Positions 20,493 through 30,629 of a stretch of DNA of 64,000 nt are shown here, piece after piece (position 1 is the stretch's first letter; each line of letters starts with the position of its first letter). Under the pieces are notes generated by a model, which had not been told where the DNA came from, searched no databases, and was given only the letters and a program-made list of their open reading frames with translations. The stretch covers positions 402 through 64,401 of the forward strand of contig JBIKWJ010000004.1 of assembly GCA_044356325.1 (NCBI GenBank). Direction: 5' to 3'. Both the position numbers and the translations under genes were made by a program. This DNA is from Minisyncoccia bacterium (lineage in GTDB: Bacteria > Patescibacteriota > Minisyncoccia > SW-4-49-11).

Positions 20493-20516
20493 GGAGAGTA
20501 AGAGATTACGAACTCG
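20493..20516 (-). repeat. 24-nt near-identical copy of the tRNA-Ser 3' end (acceptor plus T-arm), a tRNA fragment scar
   Basis: ggagagtaagagattAcgaactc matches ggagagtaagagatt-cgaactc at the 3' end of the intact tRNA (20671-20693). No complementary 5' acceptor strand is present, so it is not a tRNA. Confidence 0.6.
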
Positions 20517-20669
20517 TCGCAAATGGGATTTGCTCTTTGAAACCCCTCGGTTTCAATACTTCCGCCACAGGAAACTTCCGTTTCCCGACCCCTTCCCTAG
20601 TTCGAATTTCTCTTTACTAACTTATGGAAATTAAAAAATAGGAGTATACCCCTATTTTTTAGATTATTG

Positions 20670-20756
20670 CGGAGAGTAAGAGATTCGAACTCTTGATACC
20701 TTTCGGTATACACGCTTTCCAAGCGTGCGCACTAGACCAACTATGCGAACTCTCCA
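20670..20756 (-). tRNA. tRNA-Ser (anticodon GGA)
   Basis: The reverse complement folds as a cloverleaf. Acceptor stem is GGAGAGT/ACTCTCC. The D-arm has conserved GG. Anticodon stem CACGC/GCGTG carries loop TTGGAAA. There is a long variable arm (ATACC-GAAA-GGTAT) and a T-arm AAGAG-TTCGAAT-CTCTT. Discriminator is G; CCA is not encoded. Confidence 0.85.
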
Positions 20757-20773
20757 TTATCTTGATTATTTTA

Positions 20774-20800
20774 TCAGATATTTACTGTATTGACTAGAGT
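20774..20800 (+). repeat. 27-bp perfect direct repeat, copy 1 (tcagatatttactgtattgactagagt)
   Basis: Identical to 23278-23304. It lies 18 bp from the tRNA-Ser 5' end and contains a TTGACT -35-like hexamer. Confidence 0.8.
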
Positions 20801-20863
20801 AGAGATTAAATAATTATACTATTGTAAAATTAAGTTAGTTAAAAAGTTATCTAGAATTAATAT

Positions 20864-21583
20864 CTAAATTTTAATAAGTTTCAACAACAAATATGAAGGG
20901 AAATTAGTCTCATCCTTCCACTTTTCTGGATATTCTGATATATCTTTTTGAGACGGTTTAGTTTCAATCACCTTATCAATCTTAAAGCCTGCTTTTATAA
21001 TCTCATTAAAATAAAAGCTAAGTGGATGGGTATAAGTTTTTGTTGAAAAATTATTATTATATATATCTTGTAGAGAGATTGTGACTTTCTTACTATTCCA
21101 ATAATGTATTTTATCATAGTGAAATTTTATCCAATCACTATTTGGTTTTTTAATAAACATCAAAGGATGTGGAATTGCTATTATAAAAATACCTTTATCT
21201 CTCAAAATTGAATATGTCATTTGTAGACTTTTAATAATATCTTTTTTACTTAAATGTTGTAAAACAATAATTGAAATAATTACATCAAACTTTTGCTTAA
21301 TCTTTTTATACTCAATTACAGAATCAATAAAAAATTCAATATTAGGAGACTTAATTTTACATAACTTAATAAGTTCATCTGAAATATCAACTCCGATAAC
21401 ATTACCTTCTTTTTTAGCAATTGATCTTGATAAATACCCCTCACCACATCCTGCATCTAAAACATCTTTTCCTTTTACATTACCAATAAGCTTTAGAACT
21501 AATGGTCTTACTAAATAATCACTATGAATAGTTTTTTTATTTCTATCCCAAAAACTAGCTTTTTTCTTATATTCATTATTCAT
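20864..21583 (-). CDS. Class I SAM-dependent methyltransferase
   Basis: Motif I VLDAGCGEGYLS and the overall Rossmann pattern. Confidence 0.7.
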   Translation of the reverse strand: MNNEYKKKASFWDRNKKTIHSDYLVRPLVLKLIGNVKGKDVLDAGCGEGYLSRSIAKKEGNVIGVDISDELIKLCKIKSPNIEFFIDSVIEYKKIKQKFDVIISIIVLQHLSKKDIIKSLQMTYSILRDKGIFIIAIPHPLMFIKKPNSDWIKFHYDKIHYWNSKKVTISLQDIYNNNFSTKTYTHPLSFYFNEIIKAGFKIDKVIETKPSQKDISEYPEKWKDETNFPSYLLLKLIKI

Positions 21584-21695
21584 AATAATAAATGATTTAT
21601 ACCATAATTATACCATATTCTGTGGAAGAGGTAAATTTATATCCTAAAAAAAAGGGTAGTCATCGTACGACTACCCTAATAATCTCCACAACAGT

Positions 21696-22094
21696 TCAAA
21701 GTTGACAGAAAAGTCTAGCTCTAGCTAGAGCGTTAGACTCTTCATTGATACCACCAAAAAATGTGGTGGAGCAAACTGTTATGGGTGTTTTTGAAAAGTT
21801 CACATATACTCCAGCATTCCCTGCTGGAGCAGAACCTCCTATATCTCCATAACCTTGCCCATATACACCATAATGTATTTTATTTTTATTATCTCCTCCA
21901 ACTGGAATGAGTGCTTCCGTAAAGAAGGAACCTCTTTCACCCTCGGTGAGGGTGACCTCACTGAGGATACTTGGCCCTGGTGGCTTGGCCTGAGCTGCTG
22001 AGGGAGCAGCTAACACAAAACACCCAAGAAAAATAGCACAAAGTTGAGAACGAAACATGTCCAAGGTTAGCTGAGTACCCCTATTTTGTAGCAT
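21696..22094 (-). CDS. Small secreted hypothetical protein with atypical composition
   Basis: N-terminal signal peptide LCAIFLGCFVLAAPSAAQA. The mature part is Gly-rich. Confidence 0.45.
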   Translation of the reverse strand: MLQNRGTQLTLDMFRSQLCAIFLGCFVLAAPSAAQAKPPGPSILSEVTLTEGERGSFFTEALIPVGGDNKNKIHYGVYGQGYGDIGGSAPAGNAGVYVNFSKTPITVCSTTFFGGINEESNALARARLFCQL

Positions 22095-22124
22095 ATATAT
22101 ATTTATTTGTCAAATGTATATATC

Positions 22125-22817
22125 TTAAATTAAATCTAACTTTCTCTTAGCAGTATTATAAAATTCTTCTACTATTTCATATCCATAAAATATTCCATTT
22201 CTCTTTAACACTTCAACTCCTAAATTAGCTGTACCCATAAAAGGATCTAGAACTTTCATTTCTTTTATAAAATATTTTCCCAAAATAAAATCTATTATTG
22301 CTTTAGGTTGAGGACAAGGATGTTCAGGTACAGATATGTAGTTAATATATAGAATATCACCAGAATATTGCTTTACTTTTGATTTACTAAAGACTAATAT
22401 TTGATGACAATTAGAATGGGAATACTCTTTAGTTATATAATTTTCATCAAATCCATGATCTGGTAATTCAAAACCATTATCTGAATTAACAAAATTAATA
22501 TGTCTAGTTTCTAAAAATAAATTACAATCTAATACAGCAAATTTCTGTACTAAACCAGCAAGTTGAATATATTTATTATCAGTAAAAATACTGTCTGATA
22601 TTTCTATTATTAATTTTCCATTTTTATTTAATTTTTTACTAATTTCTAAAATAACATTTTTTATAAAATAAATATATTTATCTAAATCTAAATCATCATC
22701 AAAATTTCCATAATAAGTTTTTATATTATAAGGTGGACTAAAAATAGCCAAGTCTATTGACTCTTCATCTATTTCTGACATAGATTCTGAGGAATGATTA
22801 AAAATTTTATATTTCAT
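22125..22817 (-). CDS. DNA methyltransferase, N6-adenine/N4-cytosine type (beta-class motif order), apparently orphan
   Basis: Motif IV IFSPPYN is near the N-terminus and motif I DPFMGTANLG near the C-terminus. No restriction endonuclease candidate is adjacent. Confidence 0.7.
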   Translation of the reverse strand: MKYKIFNHSSESMSEIDEESIDLAIFSPPYNIKTYYGNFDDDLDLDKYIYFIKNVILEISKKLNKNGKLIIEISDSIFTDNKYIQLAGLVQKFAVLDCNLFLETRHINFVNSDNGFELPDHGFDENYITKEYSHSNCHQILVFSKSKVKQYSGDILYINYISVPEHPCPQPKAIIDFILGKYFIKEMKVLDPFMGTANLGVEVLKRNGIFYGYEIVEEFYNTAKRKLDLI

Positions 22818-23277
22818 AAATTTAGTATACTCCTAAAACCATTGTTATAATATAGCAAAATTATTTTTTAACACTTTATTATTATATCATATTTTTCATT
22901 GTGAATTATGAGTTGTGAATTATTGATTACATCCACTTTTCAATTAAGAAAATTATTTATGGATATAAGCTAGCACCTACATATATTTTATGAAGCATTC
23001 AATATCAATAACAAATCTTTTTCCCAATCAAAGGATGTCGTTTCCATATTTTGTAATTTTTCTACAGCTTTTAGGCATTTTGCATCTTTTTTGATAAATT
23101 TTTTCAATAATTCCACTATATCTACCATAAAATCTCCTACTGTTCCGTCTGAATCGTCTACTCCATTCATTAATTTTTTTTTCTAATCTCAGTAGTATTT
23201 TTACTAAAATTTTAGCTGTCTGCAAACTAACTGGCAATTTAGATATAACTAGTATCATTATCTACTCCTTTTATTAG

Positions 23278-23304
23278 TCAGATATTTACTGTATTGACTA
23301 GAGT
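23278..23304 (+). repeat. 27-bp perfect direct repeat, copy 2
   Basis: Identical to 20774-20800. Here it forms the -35 region of a good sigma70-like promoter. Confidence 0.8.
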
Positions 23305-23322
23305 TGTATATCAGTTTAATAT
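23294..23322 (+). promoter_or_regulatory. Sigma70-like promoter (TTGACT-17-TAATAT) upstream of the small membrane protein and RND transporter genes
   Basis: Hexamers with 17-nt spacing, 20 nt upstream of the ORF starting at 23344. Confidence 0.5.
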
Positions 23323-23343
23323 AGATTTATACTAAATCATTTT

Positions 23344-23601
23344 ATGAATATACAAGATATTGTTATTACTATTGCAACTATTATTCTTTCTGTATCCCTG
23401 ATCCCCCAAGTTATATTAGGATTTCAGACTAAAACTCAAGATATTACGTATATTACTTCTATATCTTCTCTTATCTCTTTATTATTTATGGCAGTTGCTT
23501 TTGCTTCTCTTGAACTTTGGTTATCTGCTATTATTACTGTACTCAATGCAATACCCTGGTTTATATTTATGATTCAAAAATATATTTATACAAAAAAATA
23601 A
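23344..23601 (+). CDS. Small membrane protein
   Basis: 85 aa with two hydrophobic helices. Confidence 0.4.
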   Translation: MNIQDIVITIATIILSVSLIPQVILGFQTKTQDITYITSISSLISLLFMAVAFASLELWLSAIITVLNAIPWFIFMIQKYIYTKK

Positions 23602-23707
23602 TATATTAAAAAAAGCTCCTCTTTTCATTTAGCAATCTATTATTTTGTTTGCGAGAAACCTATATATCGTATATACTGAATACAGTACTTATTAATCAAT
23701 TATCAAT

Positions 23708-26425
23708 ATGGATACATCCAATAAACCCGATGCATTAACAAAAATTGCTCTATTCTTCTTGAATAAATGGCGAATTACTGTTCTCTTATTAGTCGGTATT
23801 CTTGCAATTGGAACTGCAGCTTATACTACATTTTTAAAGCGTGAGGGGTTTCCTACTATTGAGGTTCCAGTTGCTCTGATTCAAACTCCTTATTTTGTCA
23901 ATGATAAAGGACTTGTAGATAAAGATGTCACCGAGCCAATTGAATCGGCTATCGGAAGTATACAAGAGATTAAAGCTATAACCTCTACCAGTGCTGATAA
24001 TTTTTCTAATATTACGGTTGAATTCAAAGAAGGTACAACTTCTAAGGATGGAGCAAAATTATTAGAAGATGCAGTGAATGGTGCTACCCTACCACAGGAT
24101 ATCAAACCTTCTTTTGTCACAATTAATGCCGCTTCTTTTGATGGAGAGAATGACCTTGTATTCAGTTTAATTGGTAATGGAAAATCTACTCAGGAATTGC
24201 AAGATAAGGCTACTTTTGTTGCAAAGGAAATAGATTCTGTGAATTCAGTTACTCGAACAAATGTCATTGATTTACAAGAAGTTCAAACGAATCCTATTAC
24301 AGGAGAATCTAATTTAGAGCAAATTAAATTTGGACGCTCAGCTCATCGCAATGATGACGATAAATTAGTATTCTCTGATGCTATCCTGATTGGAGCTGTA
24401 CGAGATACTTCTAAGGGAACCATTGAATTCTCACAGGCTATTCAAGACAAAGTTCAAAAGCTAAAAGATGCTGGAGATTTAGATGGATATGATGTGATAT
24501 TTGGTGGTGGAGATGCTTCTAATGCTCTTACTGCACAATTATCTTTACTCCAGGAAAGCGCTATATCTGGGCTTATCGCAGTTATGGTTATTATGATATT
24601 AATTGTTAACTGGAGAGCTTCTATTGTGATTGCGGTGTTTATCCCTGTCTCTATTGCACTTACTTCTTTAGGATTATATCTGATTGGATATTCTCTTAAT
24701 ACCCTGACTTTATTTGGACTGATTCTGGTGATTGGATTAATCGCCGATGATGCTATTCTTGTGATTGATGCTATTGATAATGCCCGTAAACAAGGTTATA
24801 AAGGGAAAAAGGCGGTAATTCATGCCATTAATACTGTTGGGCTGGCAGATATATCTGGAACTGTTACTACCATTCTAGCCTTTATTCCTATTGCTCTTGT
24901 ATCTGGTACTTTAGGAGAATTTATTAAGCTTATTCCTATTACCGTTATCTTGACTTTGGCTTTATCTCTGATAGTAAGTCTTACTCTGATTCCTTTCTTT
25001 GCAAACTTGGTATTACCTCATTATGAAGCTGAGACAGGAGTCAAGACGAAAAGAAAAGGTATTAGCAAAGTACTCTATAATGTTCTCTATTTTGTTCCTG
25101 GTATTATTGATTGGATTAATATTAAAGTGTATCAGTATACCAATTGGTATCTTAATAATATATGGCGTAGTACTATAATATTTGTTTTGACGATAGCACT
25201 TATTGGAGCAGGAATATTTACTGCAGGTAAACTCAAATTTGCTATTTTTGCTCCGGCTAAAGACACCAATGAGATTACAGTAACTTCTATATTAAAGGAT
25301 AATCGTGATTTACAGAAATCTATTGATACCACCAAAGAGGTTGAGAGAATTATCAAGGATACTAATGCTGAGTATATTGATGATATTACCTACTTTAATG
25401 CTGATGCATCTGGTGTATTAATGTATATTACTCTTACACCTCTTGGAGAGCGAGAGAAAACTTCAGCTACTATTGTATCTGAGATAAATGATAAGATTGC
25501 CGATAATGTAAAACTGAAAGATTTGAAAGTCAAAGCAGGTATAGCTGGAGCTGGTCCTCCAACTGATGATTATCAAATTACCTTCCAAGTATTCTCAGAC
25601 AATCAAAAAACTCTTGAAAATTCAACCAAAGAAATTCGAGACTTTACCAGAGATATCAAATTAGATGGTGGTGAAATCAAAGATGTCATTATCAATAATA
25701 TTGATACTATTACCCGAAAAGATGGTAGAAGATTTGCCTCTGTGCAAGTTGCTGTGTCTGACCCAGAGAATACCAATCTTGTACTTGAAGCTCAAACTGC
25801 TATTAAAGAAAAATTTGATACTGATGCATTTCGTTCTAAGTATGATTTATCCAAAGATGGAGTTGCCTTTGATCTAGGACAACAAGGAGAAAATCTCGAT
25901 TCCTTCCAATCTGCGATATTTGCTCTTATTGCGGCTATTATCATTATGTATGTACTCTTGGTATTGCAATTCAATTCCTTGAGCCAACCATTCCTCATCT
26001 TAATGGCTGTACCATTCTCATTCCCTGGATTATTCTTTGGACTTTATTTGACCAATAACCCATTAAGCTTCTTTGCCTTAATTGGTATTACGGGTCTTGT
26101 CGGTATTGTGGTTAATAATACTATTCTCTTACTTGATTACTCAAATGCCGTCTTAGCAGAAACGGGATCTATTCGGGAATCAATTTCTGGAGCAATCAAA
26201 TATCGTTTCCGAGCTTTGATTACTACTTCTCTCTCAACTATTGTTGGTATACTTCCTCTCGCTTTTGCTGACCCATTCTGGGAAGGACTTGCCTATGCAC
26301 TAGTATTCGGACTTACATCTAGTACCCTATTGGTAATATTTGCCTATCCGGTATTCTATGTAGCCTTGGCTCATACTCGACGATTTGTCTGGAGAAAAGT
26401 ATTCCGTAAAAAAGACTTTAATTAA
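23708..26425 (+). CDS. RND-superfamily transporter permease (AcrB/MmpL-like)
   Basis: 905 aa. It has 12 predicted TM helices in two bundles, each preceded by a large extracytoplasmic domain. The TM4 motif LIADDAILVIDAIDNARKQG resembles AcrB D407/D408. Confidence 0.75.
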   Translation: MDTSNKPDALTKIALFFLNKWRITVLLLVGILAIGTAAYTTFLKREGFPTIEVPVALIQTPYFVNDKGLVDKDVTEPIESAIGSIQEIKAITSTSADNFSNITVEFKEGTTSKDGAKLLEDAVNGATLPQDIKPSFVTINAASFDGENDLVFSLIGNGKSTQELQDKATFVAKEIDSVNSVTRTNVIDLQEVQTNPITGESNLEQIKFGRSAHRNDDDKLVFSDAILIGAVRDTSKGTIEFSQAIQDKVQKLKDAGDLDGYDVIFGGGDASNALTAQLSLLQESAISGLIAVMVIMILIVNWRASIVIAVFIPVSIALTSLGLYLIGYSLNTLTLFGLILVIGLIADDAILVIDAIDNARKQGYKGKKAVIHAINTVGLADISGTVTTILAFIPIALVSGTLGEFIKLIPITVILTLALSLIVSLTLIPFFANLVLPHYEAETGVKTKRKGISKVLYNVLYFVPGIIDWINIKVYQYTNWYLNNIWRSTIIFVLTIALIGAGIFTAGKLKFAIFAPAKDTNEITVTSILKDNRDLQKSIDTTKEVERIIKDTNAEYIDDITYFNADASGVLMYITLTPLGEREKTSATIVSEINDKIADNVKLKDLKVKAGIAGAGPPTDDYQITFQVFSDNQKTLENSTKEIRDFTRDIKLDGGEIKDVIINNIDTITRKDGRRFASVQVAVSDPENTNLVLEAQTAIKEKFDTDAFRSKYDLSKDGVAFDLGQQGENLDSFQSAIFALIAAIIIMYVLLVLQFNSLSQPFLILMAVPFSFPGLFFGLYLTNNPLSFFALIGITGLVGIVVNNTILLLDYSNAVLAETGSIRESISGAIKYRFRALITTSLSTIVGILPLAFADPFWEGLAYALVFGLTSSTLLVIFAYPVFYVALAHTRRFVWRKVFRKKDFN

Positions 26426-26434
26426 GTAAAAAAG

Positions 26435-26462
26435 AGGTAGCTCATTGAGCTACCTTTGGTTG
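26435..26462. terminator. Bidirectional rho-independent terminator between convergent genes
   Basis: Hairpin aggtagctc-att-gagctacct with TTGGTT on the plus side and a T6 run on the minus side. Confidence 0.5.
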
Positions 26463-26479
26463 GATTCGTGGAATTACCT

Positions 26480-26926
26480 CTATGTAAAAAATTTAATAGT
26501 TTTTCTTAATTTTTTTATATAAAAATCCTTTACTGGAGACCATAAAGTCATTAGAATCAAGAATATACTAAAGCCATATCCCAAACTCAAATATCTTTGT
26601 TCATATAGTATATTACTAAGTGACTCACTCCCCATTTTTGATGCCCATACTGAACTTATCCTCAACAGCACCGGCAAGCACAGGTATAAAGTATAAATAC
26701 AATGAATAATAAATGATTTTTTGGAGTAAGTGTCAAATTGATTGTTAAATCTGATACTCTGATTATTAAGCGACATAATACCTGCTTCTACCATAATCCA
26801 AACCCATTGTAAAATTAGAATTGGTGATAGGAAAAATCCCCATAAAAATGCTATATCACTCCACCCTGACAATAGGCAATAAACTGCACTAAATAAACTC
26901 CCGATAGACCAGTAAACAATGAGCAT
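26480..26926 (-). CDS. Hypothetical polytopic membrane protein
   Basis: 148 aa with four hydrophobic helices. Confidence 0.4.
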   Translation of the reverse strand: MLIVYWSIGSLFSAVYCLLSGWSDIAFLWGFFLSPILILQWVWIMVEAGIMSLNNQSIRFNNQFDTYSKKSFIIHCIYTLYLCLPVLLRISSVWASKMGSESLSNILYEQRYLSLGYGFSIFLILMTLWSPVKDFYIKKLRKTIKFFT

Positions 26927-27008
26927 TGTTCATTCCACCTACTTCGGGTGGGGTGAATAGGACCAACACTTTACAACATAAAATCTATACTTTTGTCAAT
27001 AATTCCAT

Positions 27009-28142
27009 TTATTTTTTAGATTTTTTCCAAAAAGTTTTATTCTGTATGTTTTCTGGAAGATAACTCTCAATATCATAAGCCTTATAATCTTTGCCATAGC
27101 CTAAATCTTTCATCAAATTAGTGGTAGCATTGCGAATATTCAATGGTATTGAGAGATTACCCGATTGTTTGACTTCCCTCTGAGCCTCTTTAATAGCATC
27201 ATATACTCTTCTATCTTTGGGGGCTTGAGCCAAATATACCACTCCATGCGCAAGATTAATAGAAGCCTCAGGAAGCCCCACTACTTCTACTGTTCGGAAT
27301 ACTTCATTGGCAATCACAAGTGCTGTGGGCAGAGCCATACCAATATCCTCACTCGCAAATATAATCATTCTACGTGCAATAAATTTAGGATCTTCTCCCC
27401 CTTCTAGCATACGGGCAAGATAATATAAAGCCGCATCTACTTGGCTGGCTCTCATACTTTTAATAAAGGCACTAATAACATCATAATGCTCCTCCCCTGC
27501 CCTATCATATCTAAGATTGGTATCTCTCAAGATAGCTTCAATATTCTCAATACTGATAGAATCCCCATACATAGACTTGGCCCTCTCATAAATTCCTAGA
27601 GCCTTACGGGCATCCCCATTGGCATATTGTGCAATATACTCACTTATAGTAGAATCCCCTAATCCCGCCTGAGCTAATATATTTTGTATTTCCTCTACAG
27701 TAAGGGCTATAAGCGTATAGATAATACAACGAGATTGTAGGGCGGCTATAATTTCAAAACTTGGATTCTCTGTAGTAGCTCCAATCAAAATCAGAGTTCC
27801 GTCTTCCACAAAAGGAAGTAAATATTCTTGTTGAGCTTTATTAAAACGATGTATCTCATCCAGGAATAAAATCTTTTGCTGTTCAGTATTATCTTTGATA
27901 ATTACTTCTATATCTTTTTTCCCTGCTCTTACTGCTGAGACTTCATATAATTTACCATCAATTGCATTACTATATATACGAGCTAGGGTAGTTTTACCCA
28001 CTCCAGGAGGACCCCACAAAATAAAGGATTGTGGCAATTGCTGTGTAATACACAGATAAAGAGGCTTACCCTCTCCTACAAGGTGTTTTTGACCTATAAA
28101 GGTATTCAGATTGATGGGTCTCACGCTATCTGCAAGTGGCAT
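27009..28142 (-). CDS. rarA: Replication-associated recombination protein A (AAA+ ATPase)
   Basis: Walker A WGPPGVGKTTLARIY, Walker B ILFLDEIHRFNKAQQ and sensor LIGATTENPSFEI. Confidence 0.9.
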   Translation of the reverse strand: MPLADSVRPINLNTFIGQKHLVGEGKPLYLCITQQLPQSFILWGPPGVGKTTLARIYSNAIDGKLYEVSAVRAGKKDIEVIIKDNTEQQKILFLDEIHRFNKAQQEYLLPFVEDGTLILIGATTENPSFEIIAALQSRCIIYTLIALTVEEIQNILAQAGLGDSTISEYIAQYANGDARKALGIYERAKSMYGDSISIENIEAILRDTNLRYDRAGEEHYDVISAFIKSMRASQVDAALYYLARMLEGGEDPKFIARRMIIFASEDIGMALPTALVIANEVFRTVEVVGLPEASINLAHGVVYLAQAPKDRRVYDAIKEAQREVKQSGNLSIPLNIRNATTNLMKDLGYGKDYKAYDIESYLPENIQNKTFWKKSKK

Positions 28143-28190
28143 AAGGGATAATTATATTAATACGTATAGTATAACATACACTGTATTATT

Positions 28191-28314
28191 GTCCTCCTTT
28201 GGAGGAGGTACCCGCAGGGTGGAGGTGGATAATCAGAAAATTCTATTTTATATTAAACTTATATCTCTTTCCACCCCGTCAGGCAAAGCCTACCACCCCT
28301 CAAGAGGGGAATTT
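28191..28314. repeat. GC-rich repeat element copy between rarA and the fusA terminator
   Basis: gtcctcctttggaggaggtacccgcagggtggaggtggataa ... ccaccccgtcaggc...cccctcaagaggggaatttt. Confidence 0.7.
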
Positions 28315-28370
28315 TAAAACAAGACACAATTTCAAGGGAGGACATTTAAATCTGTTCCCTACCTACCAAA

Positions 28371-28400
28371 AAACCTGAGTTTTTATTCTCAGGTTTTTTA
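28371..28400. terminator. Rho-independent terminator downstream of fusA
   Basis: aaacctgag-tttttatt-ctcaggttt, flanked by an A-run and a T-run. Confidence 0.7.
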
Positions 28401-28419
28401 GGTTTATAGATTGACACTA

Positions 28420-30540
28420 TTATCTCGCTGTTCTCTTGGCAATAATATCTTGTTGCACATTGCTAGGAACTGGCTGATAATCATTGAATTCCATCACTGC
28501 ATTTCCTCGTCCTTGTGTCATAGAACGAAGTGTAGTTACATATCCAAACATTGAAGATAGCGGAACTTTTGCTGACACTACTTTGAGTCCACCAGTTCTA
28601 TCATTCATTTCTTCAATAAGTCCTCGTCGTGAATTTAAATCTCCTACTACGTCTCCCATATATTGCTCTGGAATAGTTACTTCCACTGCCATAATTGGCT
28701 CGAGAATAATTGGATTTGCTTTTTTTACAGCTGCTGAAAGAGCCATAGAACCTGCAATTTTGAAAGCTGATTCTGAAGAGTCAACATCATGATATGACCC
28801 GTCATATACTGTTGCTTTGATATTAATAAGTGGGTATCCTGCAATAACACCACGATCTATAGATTCTTTTACTCCCTTTTCAATGGCAGGCACATATTCA
28901 GATGGAATCGATCCTCCCTTTAATTCATTTCCAAAAATATAATGTTGTGGTTTCTTTGGGTCAATTTCAGTTGTTTCAGGATCAAATGACTCAACTCGAA
29001 GATATACATCTCCATATTGTCCTTTTCCTCCTGATTGTTTGATATATTTTCCTTGTGCTTCAGCAGAACTTTGAATAGTTTCTTTATAGGATACTTGTGG
29101 TTGTCCTACATTTACTTCTACGCCAAATTCTCGCTTCATACGATCCACAATAATATCAAGATGAAGCTCTCCCATGCCTGCAATAAGGGTGTCTCCTGTT
29201 ACTTCATCAGAACTTACTTTAAGAGTTGGATCTTCGTCAGATAATTTGTGTAGAGCTAAACTCATTTTTTCTTGATCAGCCTTAGTCTTTGGCTCAAGTT
29301 TAATCTGAATAACAGGTTCTGGGATAACAATTTTCTCCAAGATAATTGGATCTTTCTCATCACAAAGAGTATCTCCTGTAGTAGTATTCTTAAGTCCTAC
29401 AATAGCCCCAATTTCTCCTGCAGATAACTCCTCTACTTCTGTTCGAGAATTAGCATGCATCAAAACAAGTCGAGAAATTCGCTCTTTCTCCCCCTTGGTT
29501 GAGTTATACACATAACTTCCACTCTTAAGAGTTCCAGAATAGACTCGGAAGAATACTAATTGTCCAATATAAGGATCAGTTGCAATTTTGAAAGCAAGTC
29601 CTGCAAATGGTTCATTTTTATCTGCTTTTCGCTCTAATTCTTTTTCTTCATCATCTACATCAGTTCCTTTGGCCGCATCAATATCCAGTGGAGATGGAAG
29701 ATAATCAATAACAGCATCAAGCAATTTTCTTACAATAGCAGTTCGAGAATCTCCTCCGAGTACTGGGAAAATTTTTGATTCAAGAGTTCCTCGTCGAATA
29801 GCATATTTCATTTCTTCAGTTGAGAGCACACCATCATTCAAGAATAATTCAATTAATCTATCATCTACTTCTGAGACTTTCTCCATCAATACTTGTCGAT
29901 ATTCTTCTACTTGCTCGAGCATATCTGCAGGAATTTCAGCCTCAATAATTTCAGTCATACCAGCATCATCAGCATAGACATAGGCTTTATTCTCTACCAA
30001 ATCTACAAGACCTCGTATACCTTGCTCAAAACCAATTGGCAAAGCAATTACAACGGCATCTTTAGATAGTCGCTCCTGAATAGATGCAAATGATTTATAA
30101 AAATCTCCTCCAGTTTGATTGATTTTGTTTACAAAACAAATTCGAGGCACATTATATCTATCAGCTTGTCGCCAAACTGTCTCAGATTGTGGCTCTACCC
30201 CAGATTTTCCATCGAATACGGTAACCGCACCATCGAGCACACGAAGAGATCGCTCTACCTCCATAGTAAAATCAACATGGCCAGGAGTATCAATAATATT
30301 AATTCTATGATCTTTCCAAAAACAAGTAGTAGCAGCTGAGGTGATAGTAATCCCTCGCTCTCGCTCTTGTGCCATCCAATCCATTTCAGCCGCACCATCA
30401 TGTACTTCACCAATTTTATGCTTTAATCCAGTGAAATACAAAATTCGCTCCGTAGTAGTAGTTTTACCTGCATCAATATGCGCAATAATTCCAATATTAC
30501 GAACATCATCAAGAGGAATATCTTTGTGATCTTTGGCCAT
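28420..30540 (-). CDS. fusA: Elongation factor G
   Basis: G-domain [23 protein letters not shown] and NKMD. Full length is 706 aa. Confidence 0.95.
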   Translation of the reverse strand: MAKDHKDIPLDDVRNIGIIAHIDAGKTTTTERILYFTGLKHKIGEVHDGAAEMDWMAQERERGITITSAATTCFWKDHRINIIDTPGHVDFTMEVERSLRVLDGAVTVFDGKSGVEPQSETVWRQADRYNVPRICFVNKINQTGGDFYKSFASIQERLSKDAVVIALPIGFEQGIRGLVDLVENKAYVYADDAGMTEIIEAEIPADMLEQVEEYRQVLMEKVSEVDDRLIELFLNDGVLSTEEMKYAIRRGTLESKIFPVLGGDSRTAIVRKLLDAVIDYLPSPLDIDAAKGTDVDDEEKELERKADKNEPFAGLAFKIATDPYIGQLVFFRVYSGTLKSGSYVYNSTKGEKERISRLVLMHANSRTEVEELSAGEIGAIVGLKNTTTGDTLCDEKDPIILEKIVIPEPVIQIKLEPKTKADQEKMSLALHKLSDEDPTLKVSSDEVTGDTLIAGMGELHLDIIVDRMKREFGVEVNVGQPQVSYKETIQSSAEAQGKYIKQSGGKGQYGDVYLRVESFDPETTEIDPKKPQHYIFGNELKGGSIPSEYVPAIEKGVKESIDRGVIAGYPLINIKATVYDGSYHDVDSSESAFKIAGSMALSAAVKKANPIILEPIMAVEVTIPEQYMGDVVGDLNSRRGLIEEMNDRTGGLKVVSAKVPLSSMFGYVTTLRSMTQGRGNAVMEFNDYQPVPSNVQQDIIAKRTAR

Positions 30541-30629
30541 GGTATTTGATTATTAATTACTAATTAGTATACTTACCACTCAAATCCTGACCATGATATT
30601 CATAGACAGGATTCTTAGCAGTATTTCAA

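Noticed and set aside
20493-20610. Possible second tRNA gene beside tRNA-Ser
   Set aside because: The T-arm and acceptor 3' strand are present, but there is no complementary 5' acceptor strand and no D or anticodon arms. I interpret it as a tRNA fragment scar.
22988-23258. Two overlapping 60-76-aa minus-strand ORFs
   Set aside because: They are short, overlapping and AT-rich with Lys-rich composition, so there is insufficient evidence for coding. They were kept only as a place to look for R-M remnants.
26927-26960. Hairpin ccacctacttcgggtgggg downstream of rarA as a terminator
   Set aside because: A stem is present but no U-tract follows on either strand.
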